From the NCBI GenBank assembly GCA_964016885.1, contig OZ024742.1, positions 27,404,001 through 27,468,000 of the forward strand: 64,000 bases of DNA. The letters are read 5' to 3'. How positions within the stretch are numbered: position 1 is the stretch's first letter; each line of letters begins with the position of its first letter. Below are positions 33,895 to 48,545 of this stretch, piece after piece. The position numbers and the translations under genes were made by a program. Origin of the DNA: Eledone cirrhosa. Its lineage: Eukaryota. The notes beneath the pieces are model-generated. The model saw only the letters and a list, made by a program, of their open reading frames with translations. It was not told the DNA's origin and searched no databases.

Positions 33895-34480
33895 GAGGTG
33901 AGCTTCATTGTAGTACAATAAAGCAATGCAGATATCGGATAAGTAGTACATATTTTCAATTTCTTTACATCGCACATTATTAAACCCTTCAATATACAAA
34001 CCTTAATTTAATATTATTCTTAATTTTTTTCTTTCTCTTCATCAACTTTTTATTTTTTATTTTTCATTTTCAAATTCTTTTAAATTATATATTATCTTCC
34101 AACACCTTTTTAATCTCTCTCTGTGAAACAATATATATTTTCCTCAGTTATAAAGGCTATCTCTCTCTTTCTATCACCCATCTCTCCTCCTATCTCATCC
34201 CTCCTTATTATACTCCTGCCCCGCTATTCCTTACTCTCATCTCCTCCTCATTTTCACCCTTTCCAACCCCCTTCACTACTTTTTTTTCTTAATATCTCAC
34301 ATCAATCTTAAATTACTTTTCAAATGTTGATTTAAAACTTCACTATTCACAAGTGTTTTTTAACATTCATATCATGTATCCCTATTTTATCTGACGAAAA
34401 CGCAAATGTCATCACATGATATTTGTTTTTGAAATGCGCATAATAAAATACATGGAACTCTTTTAACCATCTTTTGATCT

Positions 34481-34487
<7 letters not shown>
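33890..34487 (+). mobile_element. Family H1 element with inverted 3'-tail at its 5' side
   Basis: 33890-33948 is the reverse complement of the H1 tail (2782-2840). 33955-34487 matches 2238-2753. Confidence 0.8.
34383..34450 (+). ncRNA. Minimal hammerhead ribozyme (H1)
   Basis: tattttat-CTGACGA-aaacgcaaatgtcat-cac-atgatatttgttttt-GAAA-tgcgca-TA-ataaaata. Confidence 0.85.
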
Positions 34488-36400
<1,913 letters not shown>

Positions 36401-36789
36401 ATCCTATACCAATACATACTACACTATATACATATATCAAATATATATATGCCAAAGTAATATCTAAGTATGATACAAGAAGAAAGAAAAAGAACAGTGA
36501 AATCAGCAGCGAATCTATTAAAGAAATATTTCAATGATAAAAACGTTAATAAAACCAAAAGCAACACAAAAGTGTAAATTGTGTCAATCTATTGGGATTG
36601 CCGACATCTTCCTTTCTTCCTTTCCTTCTTTCTGTCTTTTACTTCGTGTCTTTTGTCTATTTGGCAGTCGTCTCTTGAGATTGTTTTAATGGATGACTTT
36701 TCATTTTTTGTCTGATTATCCTGGACACATATATACACACACACATATTCCCATACACTCTGATATAAGTGTGTATAAGTAAGTGTGTA

Positions 36790-36876
<87 letters not shown>

Positions 36877-36944
36877 ATATATATATATGCAAATATATAT
36901 ATATATTTATATATATCTGTGTGTGTGTGGCGGGGGGGGGGGGG

Positions 36945-37150
36945 GGCTGCGTGTTTAGATAGTTGGATTCACAATCGTGAGGTTGTGAGTTCGATTCCCG
37001 AACCGGGCAATGCGTTATGTCCTTGAGCAAGAGACTTTATTTCACGTTGTTCCTTCTACCTGAAGTTGCGACCGGTAGATTGTATTAACAATTGGAAAGA
37101 CCAATGGAAACATTGTTTCTTCGGTCTGATTTGACGAAAGTCGATCGACT
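36945..37150 (+). mobile_element. tRNA-derived SINE family S2 (CORE-like); a close relative is at 38895-39103
   Basis: gagttcgattcc B box and gtccttgagcaagagactttatttcacgttg, resembling the CORE domain. Confidence 0.75.
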
Positions 37151-37371
37151 GTCGATATATATATATATTTAATATAGGAATGGCTTCTACAGAACTAGAA
37201 CTGTTTTATTCGAAAGAAATCATCAGGAAGCCCCTATGATGATGATTTCTCCCGAATGAAACAGTTCTAGTCCTGTAGAAGCCAATTCTATATTTATAAT
37301 CTCCTACGGATTGACTACCTTACTTACTGTTGTAATGCCCGTTTGAACCAGGGATAAATATATATATATAC

Positions 37372-37503
37372 ACATTTCTGGGGCTGAGTGAACTGGAGCA
37401 AGGTGAAATAAAGTGTCATTCTCAACAACACAACGCAAATCCCGGTCTGAAATCGAAATTACAACCTCACTATTGTAAGTTCGACGCTCAGCCACAAAGC
37501 CGC

Positions 37504-37584
<81 letters not shown>

Positions 37585-38070
37585 CAAACGAATTGTGGTA
37601 AGGAACCAGATGGACCATAACGCACCAGAGTACTCAATATTTAGGGTAGTAGAATGGGAAATAGGAAAAAGTATGACCTCGACGGCAGAGCTCAAGCCGT
37701 TTCGTTTTCGCATCGTGCGGGGAAGAAACATATATATATATATATCGCGGCTTTGTGGCTGAGCGTCGAACTTACAATAGTGAGGTTGTAAGTTCGATTT
37801 CAGACCGGGATTTGCGTTGTGTTCTTGAGAATGACAGTTTATTTCACGTTGCTCCAGTTCACTCAGCCCCAGAAATGTGTTGCGACGTCACTGGTATCAG
37901 TCATTGTCTTTCTCTATGGAAAACATAATTGGCGTGGAGAGAACAGGCTGGCATGCATGGGTGGCTGCTGGTCTTCCACAAACAGACTTGCTCGGATGTG
38001 TACCTCGAAGAGGAACTTTCTCGGTGCAAATCCCACGGTCATTTGTGACCGAGATTAAAGAGTACACAAT
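37372..38070. mobile_element. SINE S2 (+, 37745-38070) with an inverted duplicate of its first about 135 bp at 37372-37507
   Basis: Direct sequence comparison. Confidence 0.82.
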
Positions 38071-38722
38071 ACAGTTTTATTATTAATTCTATTAAGGTTA
38101 AATAGTGAGTCTAGTTACTCTGAAATTTCACCTGTTTATCACAGATGGCCACATCACTCTTGGCAATATTACTACGCCAATTGAGATGCTTTTGATTGGC
38201 CAGGCCTGCTGTTGATATTTTTAGCACCCACCATACACCCATTTGCTGTCTAATAGCTGTCGCAATTATTTCCACTGCGTGGACTCGACACTAATAGCTG
38301 TTATATGGTACATCTGTTGAAAAATGGCACCAGTCATATTTTGCCAAAAATCAACTTTTATTGTAGGTGGTTAGCGGTATTGTTTCGGAGGTCAAAACCC
38401 AAATATCTTGGTCAACATTATTGTGTTGGTCAGTTACTATATTCTGGTCCACGTGGTTAGATATGTAAGTAACCCAAATCTTTTTTTTTATTATTATTCA
38501 ACTGTTGGAGTGCTTATATGTCGTTTGATGGTTATCCACCTGTTCTCTATGGATGAATATTTCCTATAAACAGTTCGATATGTTTTGCACCGTAGCTTGT
38601 TTCTCACCAACGATACTCAGCCTTGTAGAGCAGTGTGTAGAAAGCTGGCTCGAGAAAGTGCGTTGTCTTTACTTCCTCAGTCATTAAATCGATCTAACTC
38701 CTCAAACGTTATATATATATAA

Positions 38723-38791
<69 letters not shown>

Positions 38792-38855
38792 CGTGTATAT
38801 ATGTGTGTGTGTGTATATATATGTGTGCATATATATGTGTGTGTATATATATATA

Positions 38856-38894
<39 letters not shown>

Positions 38895-39103
38895 GCGTGT
38901 GGCTGAGAGGTTAGACAATTGGATTCGCAATCGTGAAGTTGTGAGATTGACTCCCGGACCAGGTGATGCGTTATGCCCTTGAGCAAGACACTTTATTTCA
39001 CGTTGTTCCTTCTACCTGGAGTTGCGGCCGATAGACAGTATTAGCAATTGGAAAAACCAATGGAAACATTGTTTCCTCGGTCTGATTTGACGAAAGTCGA
39101 TCG
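38895..39103 (+). mobile_element. SINE S2
   Basis: Highly similar to 36945-37150. Confidence 0.78.
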
Positions 39104-39106
39104 TTT

Positions 39107-39190
<84 letters not shown>

Positions 39191-39364
39191 AAAATAAAAA
39201 GTCAAATGTTTAAAATTTAGCTTCGTTTATAACTGCTATATATATCGATATGATTCCAGTTACTCAGCGAAATAACAACCCAACCAGGAACTGGACATAT
39301 CAGAGTATTGACAAGGTTATACACCTCAACAACATATGTACTTGTCTATACCACACCATTTCGG

Positions 39365-39419
39365 ACTGCCTGGAGAGGTCACAGCCAAAGATGGCTGTCA
39401 CCGAAATATATATAGCAAT
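39365..39419 (+). ncRNA. Minimal hammerhead ribozyme with a core substitution (CUGGAGA)
   Basis: actgc-CTGGAGA-ggtcacagcc-aaagat-ggctgtcacc-GAAA-tatata-TA-gcaat. It lies in an element whose tail (39404-39465) is duplicated in inverted form at 39186-39246. Confidence 0.65.
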
Positions 39420-39566
39420 AATAAACGAAGCTAAATTTTAAACATTTGACTTTTTATTTTACTTTATTTTACATTACTCCGGAGTAACCAAACCAACCTG
39501 CGCACTTCGTCGAGTGCTCCAGCCTGCATACTGAGGTGTTGGTATACAACCAACATATACTCAAAA

Positions 39567-39602
<36 letters not shown>

Positions 39603-39891
39603 ATTACATAATAATAACAACACAATATAATTATTCCATTACCTAAGGTTTCAAGAAACAAGCCGATCCTTATGGAAACGTCCAGCCCGTTCATAAGATG
39701 AAATAGTTATAGCTATTTCATCTGTACTATACATAGTGCACTCTTCTTTCCTTTACATTTTCTACGGAAATACTTAACACACATATATATGTGTGGGTTT
39801 GCGAAACTCCAGAGTAATGAGCCTTAATAAAATGGATATTAAAACTCTACTTCGGTATTGAGTATTCCTTTTTCTCAACCGTCAACCACAT

Positions 39892-39984
<93 letters not shown>

Positions 39985-40314
39985 AAGAGTAAACGGAAAA
40001 CAACACAGCGAAATGGTACAGTATTACTACAGTACAATGAACTTATATGTATATATGTTAGTTTGACGCTTGACATAGTAGGTAAAGAAATTTAATCTTT
40101 CGGAGGTTTGTCTTTCATCAGAAAATAGTATGAGAAATACAAAAAGAGACAGACAAGAGAGAAATATATTTTTTTGAGAAGCACATGTGTTCAATCAGCC
40201 ATACACATACACACAAACCATCACACACCACACACATATATAATGCTCAATTAACTAATAAGCAAGTGTTAGTATTACTATATTACATTGTAGATGAAAG
40301 TGGGCAGCCTGGTG

Positions 40315-41157
40315 GTGGTTAAATTTGCCTTTCATCCCTACGGAGTCAATAAAATATATCACCAGTAACGCATTAGGATCGATTTAATCGACTTTACCTT
40401 CCCCCCAAAAAAATTGTTGGCCTTGTACCTAAATCAAAAACCAATATTACTATTGTTACAAGTGCGGAGGTGTGGTGGATTGACCGTAACCATAGAGCGT
40501 TGGACAACATGGTTTATGGCGTATGGTTACGTGCCTTTATGTTCTGAGTTCTATTCCTTTCGAGGTTAGCTTTACCCTTCATCCTTACAGAGTCAATACA
40601 ATAAAGCACCAGTAAGGCACTGGAGTCGATTTAATCGATTTTCCTCTCCCCTATAAATTGCTGGTCTTGTACCTAAAGTACAATTATTATTTTTCTATAC
40701 GACACTCCACAGACACGTTCCGAGCTAAAATTACTAGAGGCTGGGGTATTAACAGTATTGGTGGAGCGTTAGACACCATGTTTTGTAGCATTGAGCTACA
40801 GCCCTTTATGTTCTGAGTTCTAATCCCTTCCAGTTTAGCTCTACCTTTCATTCTTACAGGGTCAATAAAATAATGCACTAGGGGTAGATTTAATCGACTT
40901 TCTCTTACCCAAAAGATTGTTGACCTTGTTCCTAAATCAGAAACCATTATATTAAATATAGTCACGGTGGATTGACAGTATTGGTAGAGGGTCGGACGCC
41001 ATGCTTTGCAGAAAAGTGTTACGACCCTTTATGGTCTGAGTTCAAATCCCGCCGAGATTAACTTTGCCTTTCACCCTTACGGGATCGGTAAAATAAAGTA
41101 TCAGTACTGTACTGGGATAATTGCTGGCCTTGTGCCAAAAGTAGAAGCAATTATATT
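40315..41157 (+). mobile_element. Four diverged S1 SINEs head-to-tail (about 40315-40450, 40470-40690, 40735-40952, 40965-41157)
   Basis: Four successive central domains and ccttgt.cc.aaa tails. Confidence 0.85.
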
Positions 41158-41162
41158 AAATA

Positions 41163-41630
41163 CTAGCAGTGGTACCCGGCGTTGCACGGGATAAGGTATT
41201 TTGGAAAAACTGCATGTAAAGAACAATAAACCGAATACTCTGATGGCTGAAAAAAATCGGTTGGGTGCTTCTCGAGTTTTAGGGATTCAAACTCACAGAC
41301 ACACACACGCACACACAGACAGACATCATCAGGGAAGTGATGTAATGCAGACAGTCAGACATACAGACAGATATTATAAGGGTGCGACGTTAAATGTATG
41401 TATCTATCTAAAAAGAGAAAGAGTAAGAATTATAGAGATAGATCGCTAAATCGCCTAATGTGGTCCCTAGGGCATTGAAAATTTGAAATTGTTTTTGCTC
41501 AGAACACTCCCTGAAACATAAGTATTACATGAGTAAAGTTTGAAAACAGTTGGTTGGGTGGTTCTCTAGTTTTAGGGATTCAAACTCACACACACACACA
41601 TAGAGACATCCTCAGTTTTATATATATAGA
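41163..41630 (-). mobile_element. Non-autonomous Helitron
   Basis: Minus strand runs 5'-TCTATATATATAAAACTGAGGATG...CCCGTGCAACGCCGGG (hairpin) TACCACTGCTAG-3', followed by T. Confidence 0.82.
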
Positions 41631-42237
41631 CTAGCAGTGGTACCTGGCGTTGCACGGGATAAGGTATTGTGAAATATATAACCGCCTTAGCTAAGCTTAG
41701 TATTGATTGAACCACGGCAGGAAAAGAAGTAGGGGTCTGGTGGTACGTAAGTAAGCAACACTGTGGCTTAAAACGTGAGGAAGAAGTTGTGTGCACTTAC
41801 CAACTGTTTGGGGAATGAGTGTGAGATTTGTCGTGAGCAAGGGTGGTGGAATAACCGGAGGCAGCAGACAGCCAGATATTATAAAGGAGCGTCGAATTAT
41901 AGGAAGTGACGTAATGCAGACAGCCAGACATACAGACAGATATTGGGTAATTGCTGGCCTTGTGCCTAACGTAGAAACAATTATAAGGGCGTGACGTTAT
42001 TTGTATGTATCTATCTAAAAAGAGAAAGACTAAGAATTATAGAGAGAGATCGCTAAATCGCCTAATGCGGTCCCTAGGTCATTGAAAATTTGAAATTTTA
42101 TTTGCTCAGGACACTCCCTGAAACATAAGTATTACATGTGTAAAGTTTTAAAATAGTCGGTTGGGTTGTTCTCTACTTTTAGGGATTCAAACTCACACAC
42201 ACACAGACAGACATCCTCAGTTTTATATATATATAGA
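41631..42237 (-). mobile_element. Non-autonomous Helitron of the same family, with a captured SINE tail at 41944-41985
   Basis: Same TC and CTAG termini and hairpin. Joined CTAG|TC to the neighbouring copy. Confidence 0.82.
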
Positions 42238-42735
42238 CTAGCAGAAAACCACCCGGTGGGTGGTTTTCTGCTAGCAAATCTAGTGTATATACTGATATTG
42301 TTGAGATTTGGATGAAAAATGTTTTCGGCACCACATGTTCACCGTCTCTCGGTGTGTCTTTTATGCATGTATAAATATATATGTTATCTATACGGTGAAA
42401 TCTTTGAAATAAATATATGTTAAAACGAAAAAGGAGAAAAAGAGATTAGTGACAGAAATATAAACGTTATGATATAACGATGGAAATATATAAACGTTTA
42501 CGATAAAACGATGGAAATAGAAACGTTTATATATAATGATAAGCCGAAACACTCGTAAGCCGAAACACTCGTAAGTCGAAACACTCGTAAAGCGAAACGT
42601 ATAAATAAAGATTAATGTAATGAATTTGAAAAGCATAGAGATTTGAAACCGCGTCTATTTGTTTCCTTGGCATTTTTTACAGACGGACAGACAGACAAAC
42701 AAACAGAGAAATGCCCATTATATATTATAAGTAGA
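42238..42735 (-). mobile_element. Helitron-like element with a terminal 37-bp palindrome
   Basis: 5' end TCTACTTATAATATATAATGGGC..(GTCT)n; 3' end CTAG. Internal aaacg / gccgaaacactcgtaa repeats. Confidence 0.6.
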
Positions 42736-42958
42736 CTTGGCATGGTGTCAAGTCAAAACCGCCTCGAACTGGTTACTTCTGGCTTGTGCAAGGTGTCTCT
42801 ATAGCAACCAGCGATTCCCTCGGCCTCAGTGACCAAAGTCAGTGGAGAGGCGAAGGTAATGTTTCTATAGCGACAGTGTTTCTCTTGGTAGTACCAAAGT
42901 GGAGAAAGGAAGGGGAAGGTAATATTTCTGTAGCACCTACATTTGAGTTTTAGGGAAG

Positions 42959-42990
<32 letters not shown>

Positions 42991-43802
42991 TAGAAATGCC
43001 CATATATTTCTGGGTGTGTATATATATATATTACACACACAGAAATGTATATATATTTCTGTGTGTGTATATATATATATATATATTACACACACAGAAA
43101 TGTATATATATTTCTGTGTGTATATATATATTACACACACAGAAATGTATATATATTTCTGTGTGTATATATATATATTACACACACAGAAATGTATATA
43201 TATTTCTTAGAACAAAATTATTATTAATGTTTTGCTGTTCATAACAATTGGAATTGAAAAATTACTTTTGAAATTATTAGTTATTTTACTAATGCTTAGA
43301 TATGTAAAAATGAAGCAATGTTTCTAATAATTGTTTTTACTTTTGGCACAAGGCCAGCAATAACCCAGTGCATTACTGGTACTTTATTTTATCGACCCCG
43401 TGAGGATGAAAGGCAAAGTTAACCTCGGCGGTATTTGAACTCAGACCGTAAAGGGACGTAACTCCATGCTATGAAGCATGGTGTCCGACTCTCTACAGAT
43501 TCTGCCAATCCACCGCCCTAATGTCTGTACGTAATGAGGGAGTGAGAGGGGAGAGAAAGAAAGGCAGAGGTGAAGTGACGAAGTGACTCTCTCCTCCTCC
43601 TCCTCCTCCTCCATCTCCCCATTCGTCACAGCGATAGAGGGAAGGAATGTTAGTGTGTTAAAAAGAGAAAGAGTGAGAGTGAGAGAAACAGACAGACTAA
43701 AAGAGAGGGATAGCTGGAGAGAGAGATAGCAACCACGCGCGCACGTGTTTCCACTGTCGGACAGACAGGCAGAGAAATTGCTCGTTATATATTATAAGGA
43801 GA
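42736..43802 (-). mobile_element. Composite Helitron-like element containing a full SINE and a palindromic minisatellite
   Basis: 5' end A|TCTCCTTATAATATATAAC; the 3' end is a CAAG variant. About 700 bp is duplicated at 45076-45778, and the duplication ends at the same TC terminus. Confidence 0.55.
43327..43519 (-). mobile_element. SINE S1 (duplicate at 45306-45499)
   Basis: Reverse complement of the S1 consensus, close to consensus. Confidence 0.88.
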
Positions 43803-44024
43803 TAGCAGAAAACCACCCACCGGGTGGTTTTCTGCTAGTCGATATATATTTAACACACACACAAACACAGACACACACATACATATATATATATATACAC
43901 CCATGTTCATATTTTGTGATGCATTATTCTTAAATCAGATTATTATCTCTGACAGGAAGAACCAGTTTATAATTTTTAAGAAAAATTAAGCATACAGACA
44001 TATTTTAGGAAACTGATGAATTCC

Positions 44025-44248
44025 TGTACACACACACACACACAAACACTTACACAGATACACACAGACACACGCACAGACAGACACACACGCATACAGA
44101 CAAATACGCTAACACACATATACCATACACACACTCATACATACGCACATATGCACACACGCTAACACACACATACACACGCACATACACACTTAAACCT
44201 ATATATATGTATATATATAGAGAGACACACATAATATACATATATAAT

Positions 44249-44290
<42 letters not shown>

Positions 44291-44540
44291 ATATATATAT
44301 TATATATACACACACACACACATATAACACACACCCATATATAAAACACACACACGCACACACATACACACACACATATAACACACACACACATATATAA
44401 CACACACACACGCACACACATACACACACACATATAACACACACACATATAATACACACACACACCCGCATACACACACATATAACACACACACACACAC
44501 ACACACATATAACACACATACACATATATATATATATATA
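44025..44540. repeat. (CA)n/(TA)n compound microsatellite
   Basis: Directly visible. Confidence 0.92.
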
Positions 44541-44861
44541 TGCTCAGCCCCAGTGAGTTGGTTAAAACACCAAAAGCCAGTCTTAAAGTTGTCGTCTGTA
44601 AATTCAAAGAACTCGGCTGTGTCTGGCTAGATCTCCATGGTAACTACTCCAAGGTCGCGCGTGCCATGGCTGGGAACGCAGGTGTCACGTGCTGGCCTAG
44701 AACGCTGGTTGTTGGAATCAGTGGTCGACGACATAACATATATATTATATGTGTGTGGAATAGTATAAATATTTTTTCTTTTTTACTAACATATATATAT
44801 ATATATTATATATTTTATATACATACATTATATATATATTATTAATATATTACATACGTAC

Positions 44862-44925
<64 letters not shown>

Positions 44926-44994
44926 TAAAATAAAAGATTAAAGTTTAAGCAAATAATCGCTGCCTTCACCCTTAACGGGATCTTCTGAAACTAA

Positions 44995-45041
<47 letters not shown>

Positions 45042-45075
45042 CTGGTGATTTCTCAAGAATGAAACAGTTCTAGTC

Positions 45076-45778
45076 TATATATATATTACACACACAGAAA
45101 TGTATATATATTTCTGTGTGTATATATATATATTTCTGTTTGTGTATATATATATATATTACACACAGAAATGTATATATATTTCTTAGAACAAAATTAT
45201 TATTAATGTTTTGCTGTTCATAACAATTGGAATTGAAAAATTACTTTTGAAATTATTTGTTATTTTACTAATGCTTAGATATGTAAAAATGAAGCAATGT
45301 TTCTAATAATTGTTTTTACTTTTGGCCCAAGGCCAGCAATTACCCAGTACATTACTGGTACTTTATTTTATCGACCCCGTGAGGATGAAAGGCAAAGTTA
45401 ACCTCGGCGGTATTTGAACTCAGACCGTAAAGGGACGTAACTCCATGCTATGAAGCATGGTGTCCGACTCTCTACAGATTCTGCCAATCCACCGCCCTAA
45501 TGTCTGTACGCAATGAGCGAGTGAGAGGGGAGAGAAAGAAAGGCAGAGGTGAAGTGACGAAGTGACTCTCTCCTCCTCCTCCTCCTCCTCCATCTCCCCA
45601 TTCGTGCGAGGGGAGGAATGTTAGTGTGTTACAAAGAGAAAGAGTGAGAGTGAGAGAAACAGACAGACTAAAAGAGAGGGATAGCTGGAGAGAGAGAGAT
45701 AGCAACCACGCGCGCACGTGTTTCCACTGTCGGACAGACAGACAGAGAAATTGCTGGTTATATATTATAAGGAGATAG
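45076..45778 (-). repeat. Direct duplicate of about 43080-43805 (Helitron 5' end, SINE, minisatellite)
   Basis: Near-identical sequence by eye. Confidence 0.9.
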
Positions 45779-45862
45779 TCATCGAAATCAGAGAATTACT
45801 CAAACATCATCTGAGTAGCTGAAACAGATAAAATACAACATACAGATACATAGGAAAATAAA

Positions 45863-46244
45863 ATAGCACATTTACCCGGCGTTGACGGGGTTTGAAATGC
45901 AACAAAGAATAAACAAGAAACAAACGATAATATTAGTGATTTATCTTCAAATGAATCTGATGTTTATATTTCTGTCAATAAAGTTGGTTATCTCCCTTTT
46001 TTATAAGGATTGTCAATAAAGTTTGTTATCTCCCTTACATCAATTTTGCTACCGATAATTTTGATATCGACTTTTTATTGCTCAGCGTGAGTCGATTTGA
46101 AAAATGTTTGTGATGTGACAATCTTAGCGACCTGTGCAACGTGCACAGAAAATTTGGTCAAATTCAGTTGGTAATTGTAAAAGCCTTAAGTATGCAAAGT
46201 TGTACACAGACACACACACATCCTCGCTTTTATATAGATAAAGA
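45863..46244 (-). mobile_element. Older non-autonomous Helitron
   Basis: 5' end TCTTTATCTATATAAAAGCGAGGATG; hairpin cccgtcaacgccggg; 3' end CTAT (decayed CTAG). Confidence 0.65.
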
Positions 46245-46274
46245 TTAACCAAGTGTTTTAGAGGGTAAGATTAA

Positions 46275-47265
46275 TATTGGTTTCTGATTTAGGAACAAGG
46301 ACAAAAATTTGGGGAGGGGGAAAGTCGATTAAATCGACCCCAGTGCATTATTGGTGCTAAATCATTTTTATCAGTATGAGTAACTTCTAGTCTATAATTT
46401 ACCTTATTCTACTAAATATTTACCTTTTGCATCCTTCTACCAAGTGGTTAGGGTGTTGGACTTAACGATCATAATGTATTGGGTTCAATTCCTGGATTGG
46501 GTTGTGTTGTGTTTTCACGCTGCTCCAATATACTCCACTGAAAATGAGTACCAGTAATAACTGGGAGGGGGGGGGGCTGCGTTAGTGCTACTTTATTTTA
46601 CAGACATCGTAAGGATGAAGCGCAAACTAACCTCGGCGAAATTTGAACTCAGAACGTAAAGGGATGTAACTATGTTGCAAATCATGTTGTCCGACGCTCT
46701 GCCGATACTTTCAATCCATAATAATGGTTTAGGCACATAATAATGGTTTAGGCACAAGGCCAATAATTTCGGAGAGGGTGAAATCGATGAAATCCCCTCC
46801 AGTGTATTTACTGGTACTTTATTTTATCGACCCCATAAGGATGAAATGCCAAGATTACCTCAGCAGAATTTGAACTTAGATCGTAAAGGTGCATAACACT
46901 ATGCCAAAAAGCATGTTGTCTGACGTTCTACTGGTACTGCCAATTTACGACTCTTGAGGGTAAGACAAATATTGAAGTACTGAGCTCAACGCTGGAACTA
47001 AGATTATGTTTTTGAAACGATCGACAAGATCCCATTCGCTTATCGATTAGGATGGAACTCCTCAATTTGGCCAAGGAAACAATGTTCCCATTGGTGTTTT
47101 CATTAGTGATACTATCTACCGGTCGCAACTTCTGACAGAAAGATCAACGTGAAATAAACTGCATTGAGCTCAACAACATAACACATCGTCCGATCTGGGA
47201 ATCGAACTTGCAACCTTACGATTGCAAATCCAACTCTCTAACCACTACGTCACGTGCCTTCACAA
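46275..47265 (-). mobile_element. SINE cluster: S1 copies (-) at about 46275-46360, 46580-46720 and 46740-46950; S2 at 46440-46560 (+) and 47030-47265 (-)
   Basis: Recognisable B boxes, central domains and tails. Confidence 0.75.
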
Positions 47266-48269
47266 GATAATAGATATAAATAAACTACACATCGCAATGT
47301 AGATAAAATATACTTAATCTACAGGGAAAACATGTGGGTCTGGTGCATGGAGAAAAACTACCATAAAACAATAGTGAGGCTAGATAAATACTTAGGACAA
47401 GAAGTTACTCATACTGAAATAAAATGATTTTGATTAAAACAAAGCAATGGAAAATGTTAGAAAAAAAACAGACAAATAAACATAGAAATGAGAAATATTC
47501 TATAGAATAATGCAAAGTGCAACATAACTTAATCTCCAATATCTCGCTACAAAGTGTGTGTGTGACAGCTCACACCTCTGCAGGTTTAGCTGGCCTCCTC
47601 CAAGTTATATCTCCTTGAAGGTGTCTTGGGTAATTTAATGATAGGGACCCTAGTCAAAGTGTAACAAAGTGTAATATAACTTAATAATCCAATATCCCGC
47701 TACAAAGTGTAACCTCACTTAATCTCCAATATACCGACAAAATCTCAAAAGCACGAAGCTAAAGATTGAAACGGGGTCTTATTTCTGGCTGCACAGCTTC
47801 AATGTCGAGTTACAAATAATTCCCAAATTATTAAATTGAAAATACGGTCACCAACTACACAAAAGTATATTTTGCGAAACATAAAAAGAAATTTAACAAT
47901 CAGTTATTTGGAAATATGTTATTTTTATTGCATCATATAGTATTATAAATTTTGTTTAAATTTTGAATTTAAAATAGTCATTTTGGAAACAAGCTTCGAA
48001 AATGTGGGCTCACATGCCAGGTGTTCTCTTTTGTCACTTTACTCTGTTTCGTTTATTATTCATACCACTTTCTGCACATACTGCCACCAACCATATTGAA
48101 TCATTCTTTTAGCCTAAGTTCTTCCTTAAGGGGCATTGTCGAAAATCTCGCCAAGTTTGTGTGCGATTTAAGAAAAGGGAGATGGGTTCATTGGTTTAAA
48201 ATGACATGTATATATTGAAGAGCCGCTTCATCCTTTGAATGTATTTAAGTGCAGCAGTTAAAATTGAAA

Positions 48270-48545
48270 TGTCGCGTGACCTATTGTTATAATGTTGCAC
48301 TTACAAGCGTAATATTGTAGGTTCGAATTGTGTGTTAGAATGTGTTGCGTGTTGTGTTCTTGAGCAAAACATTTCATTTCACGTTGCTCCATTCTATTCA
48401 GCTGCAAATTAATACCAGTAGCAGTAGCTGGGAAGTTAACCCTGCAATGGATTGACGTCCTGTTCCTGGGGTGGTCTTGTATTCTCATTTCTTTAGTACC
48501 AACGAAACTGATATGCAGCGGCCTGATGACCCTCAATACTTTGTA
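48270..48545 (+). mobile_element. SINE S2 variant
   Basis: ggttcgaat..gttgtgttcttgagcaaaacatttcatttcacgttgctcca..gcggcctgatga tail. Confidence 0.7.

Noticed and set aside
38100-38690. Possible old LINE RT relic on the minus strand (KDLG- and PRYLG-like words)
   Set aside because: Too degraded to support without a translated search.
47510-47740. Three dispersed copies of about 30 bp (acttaatctccaatatc..gctacaaagtgt)
   Set aside because: Real but short and degenerate; no function or element could be assigned.
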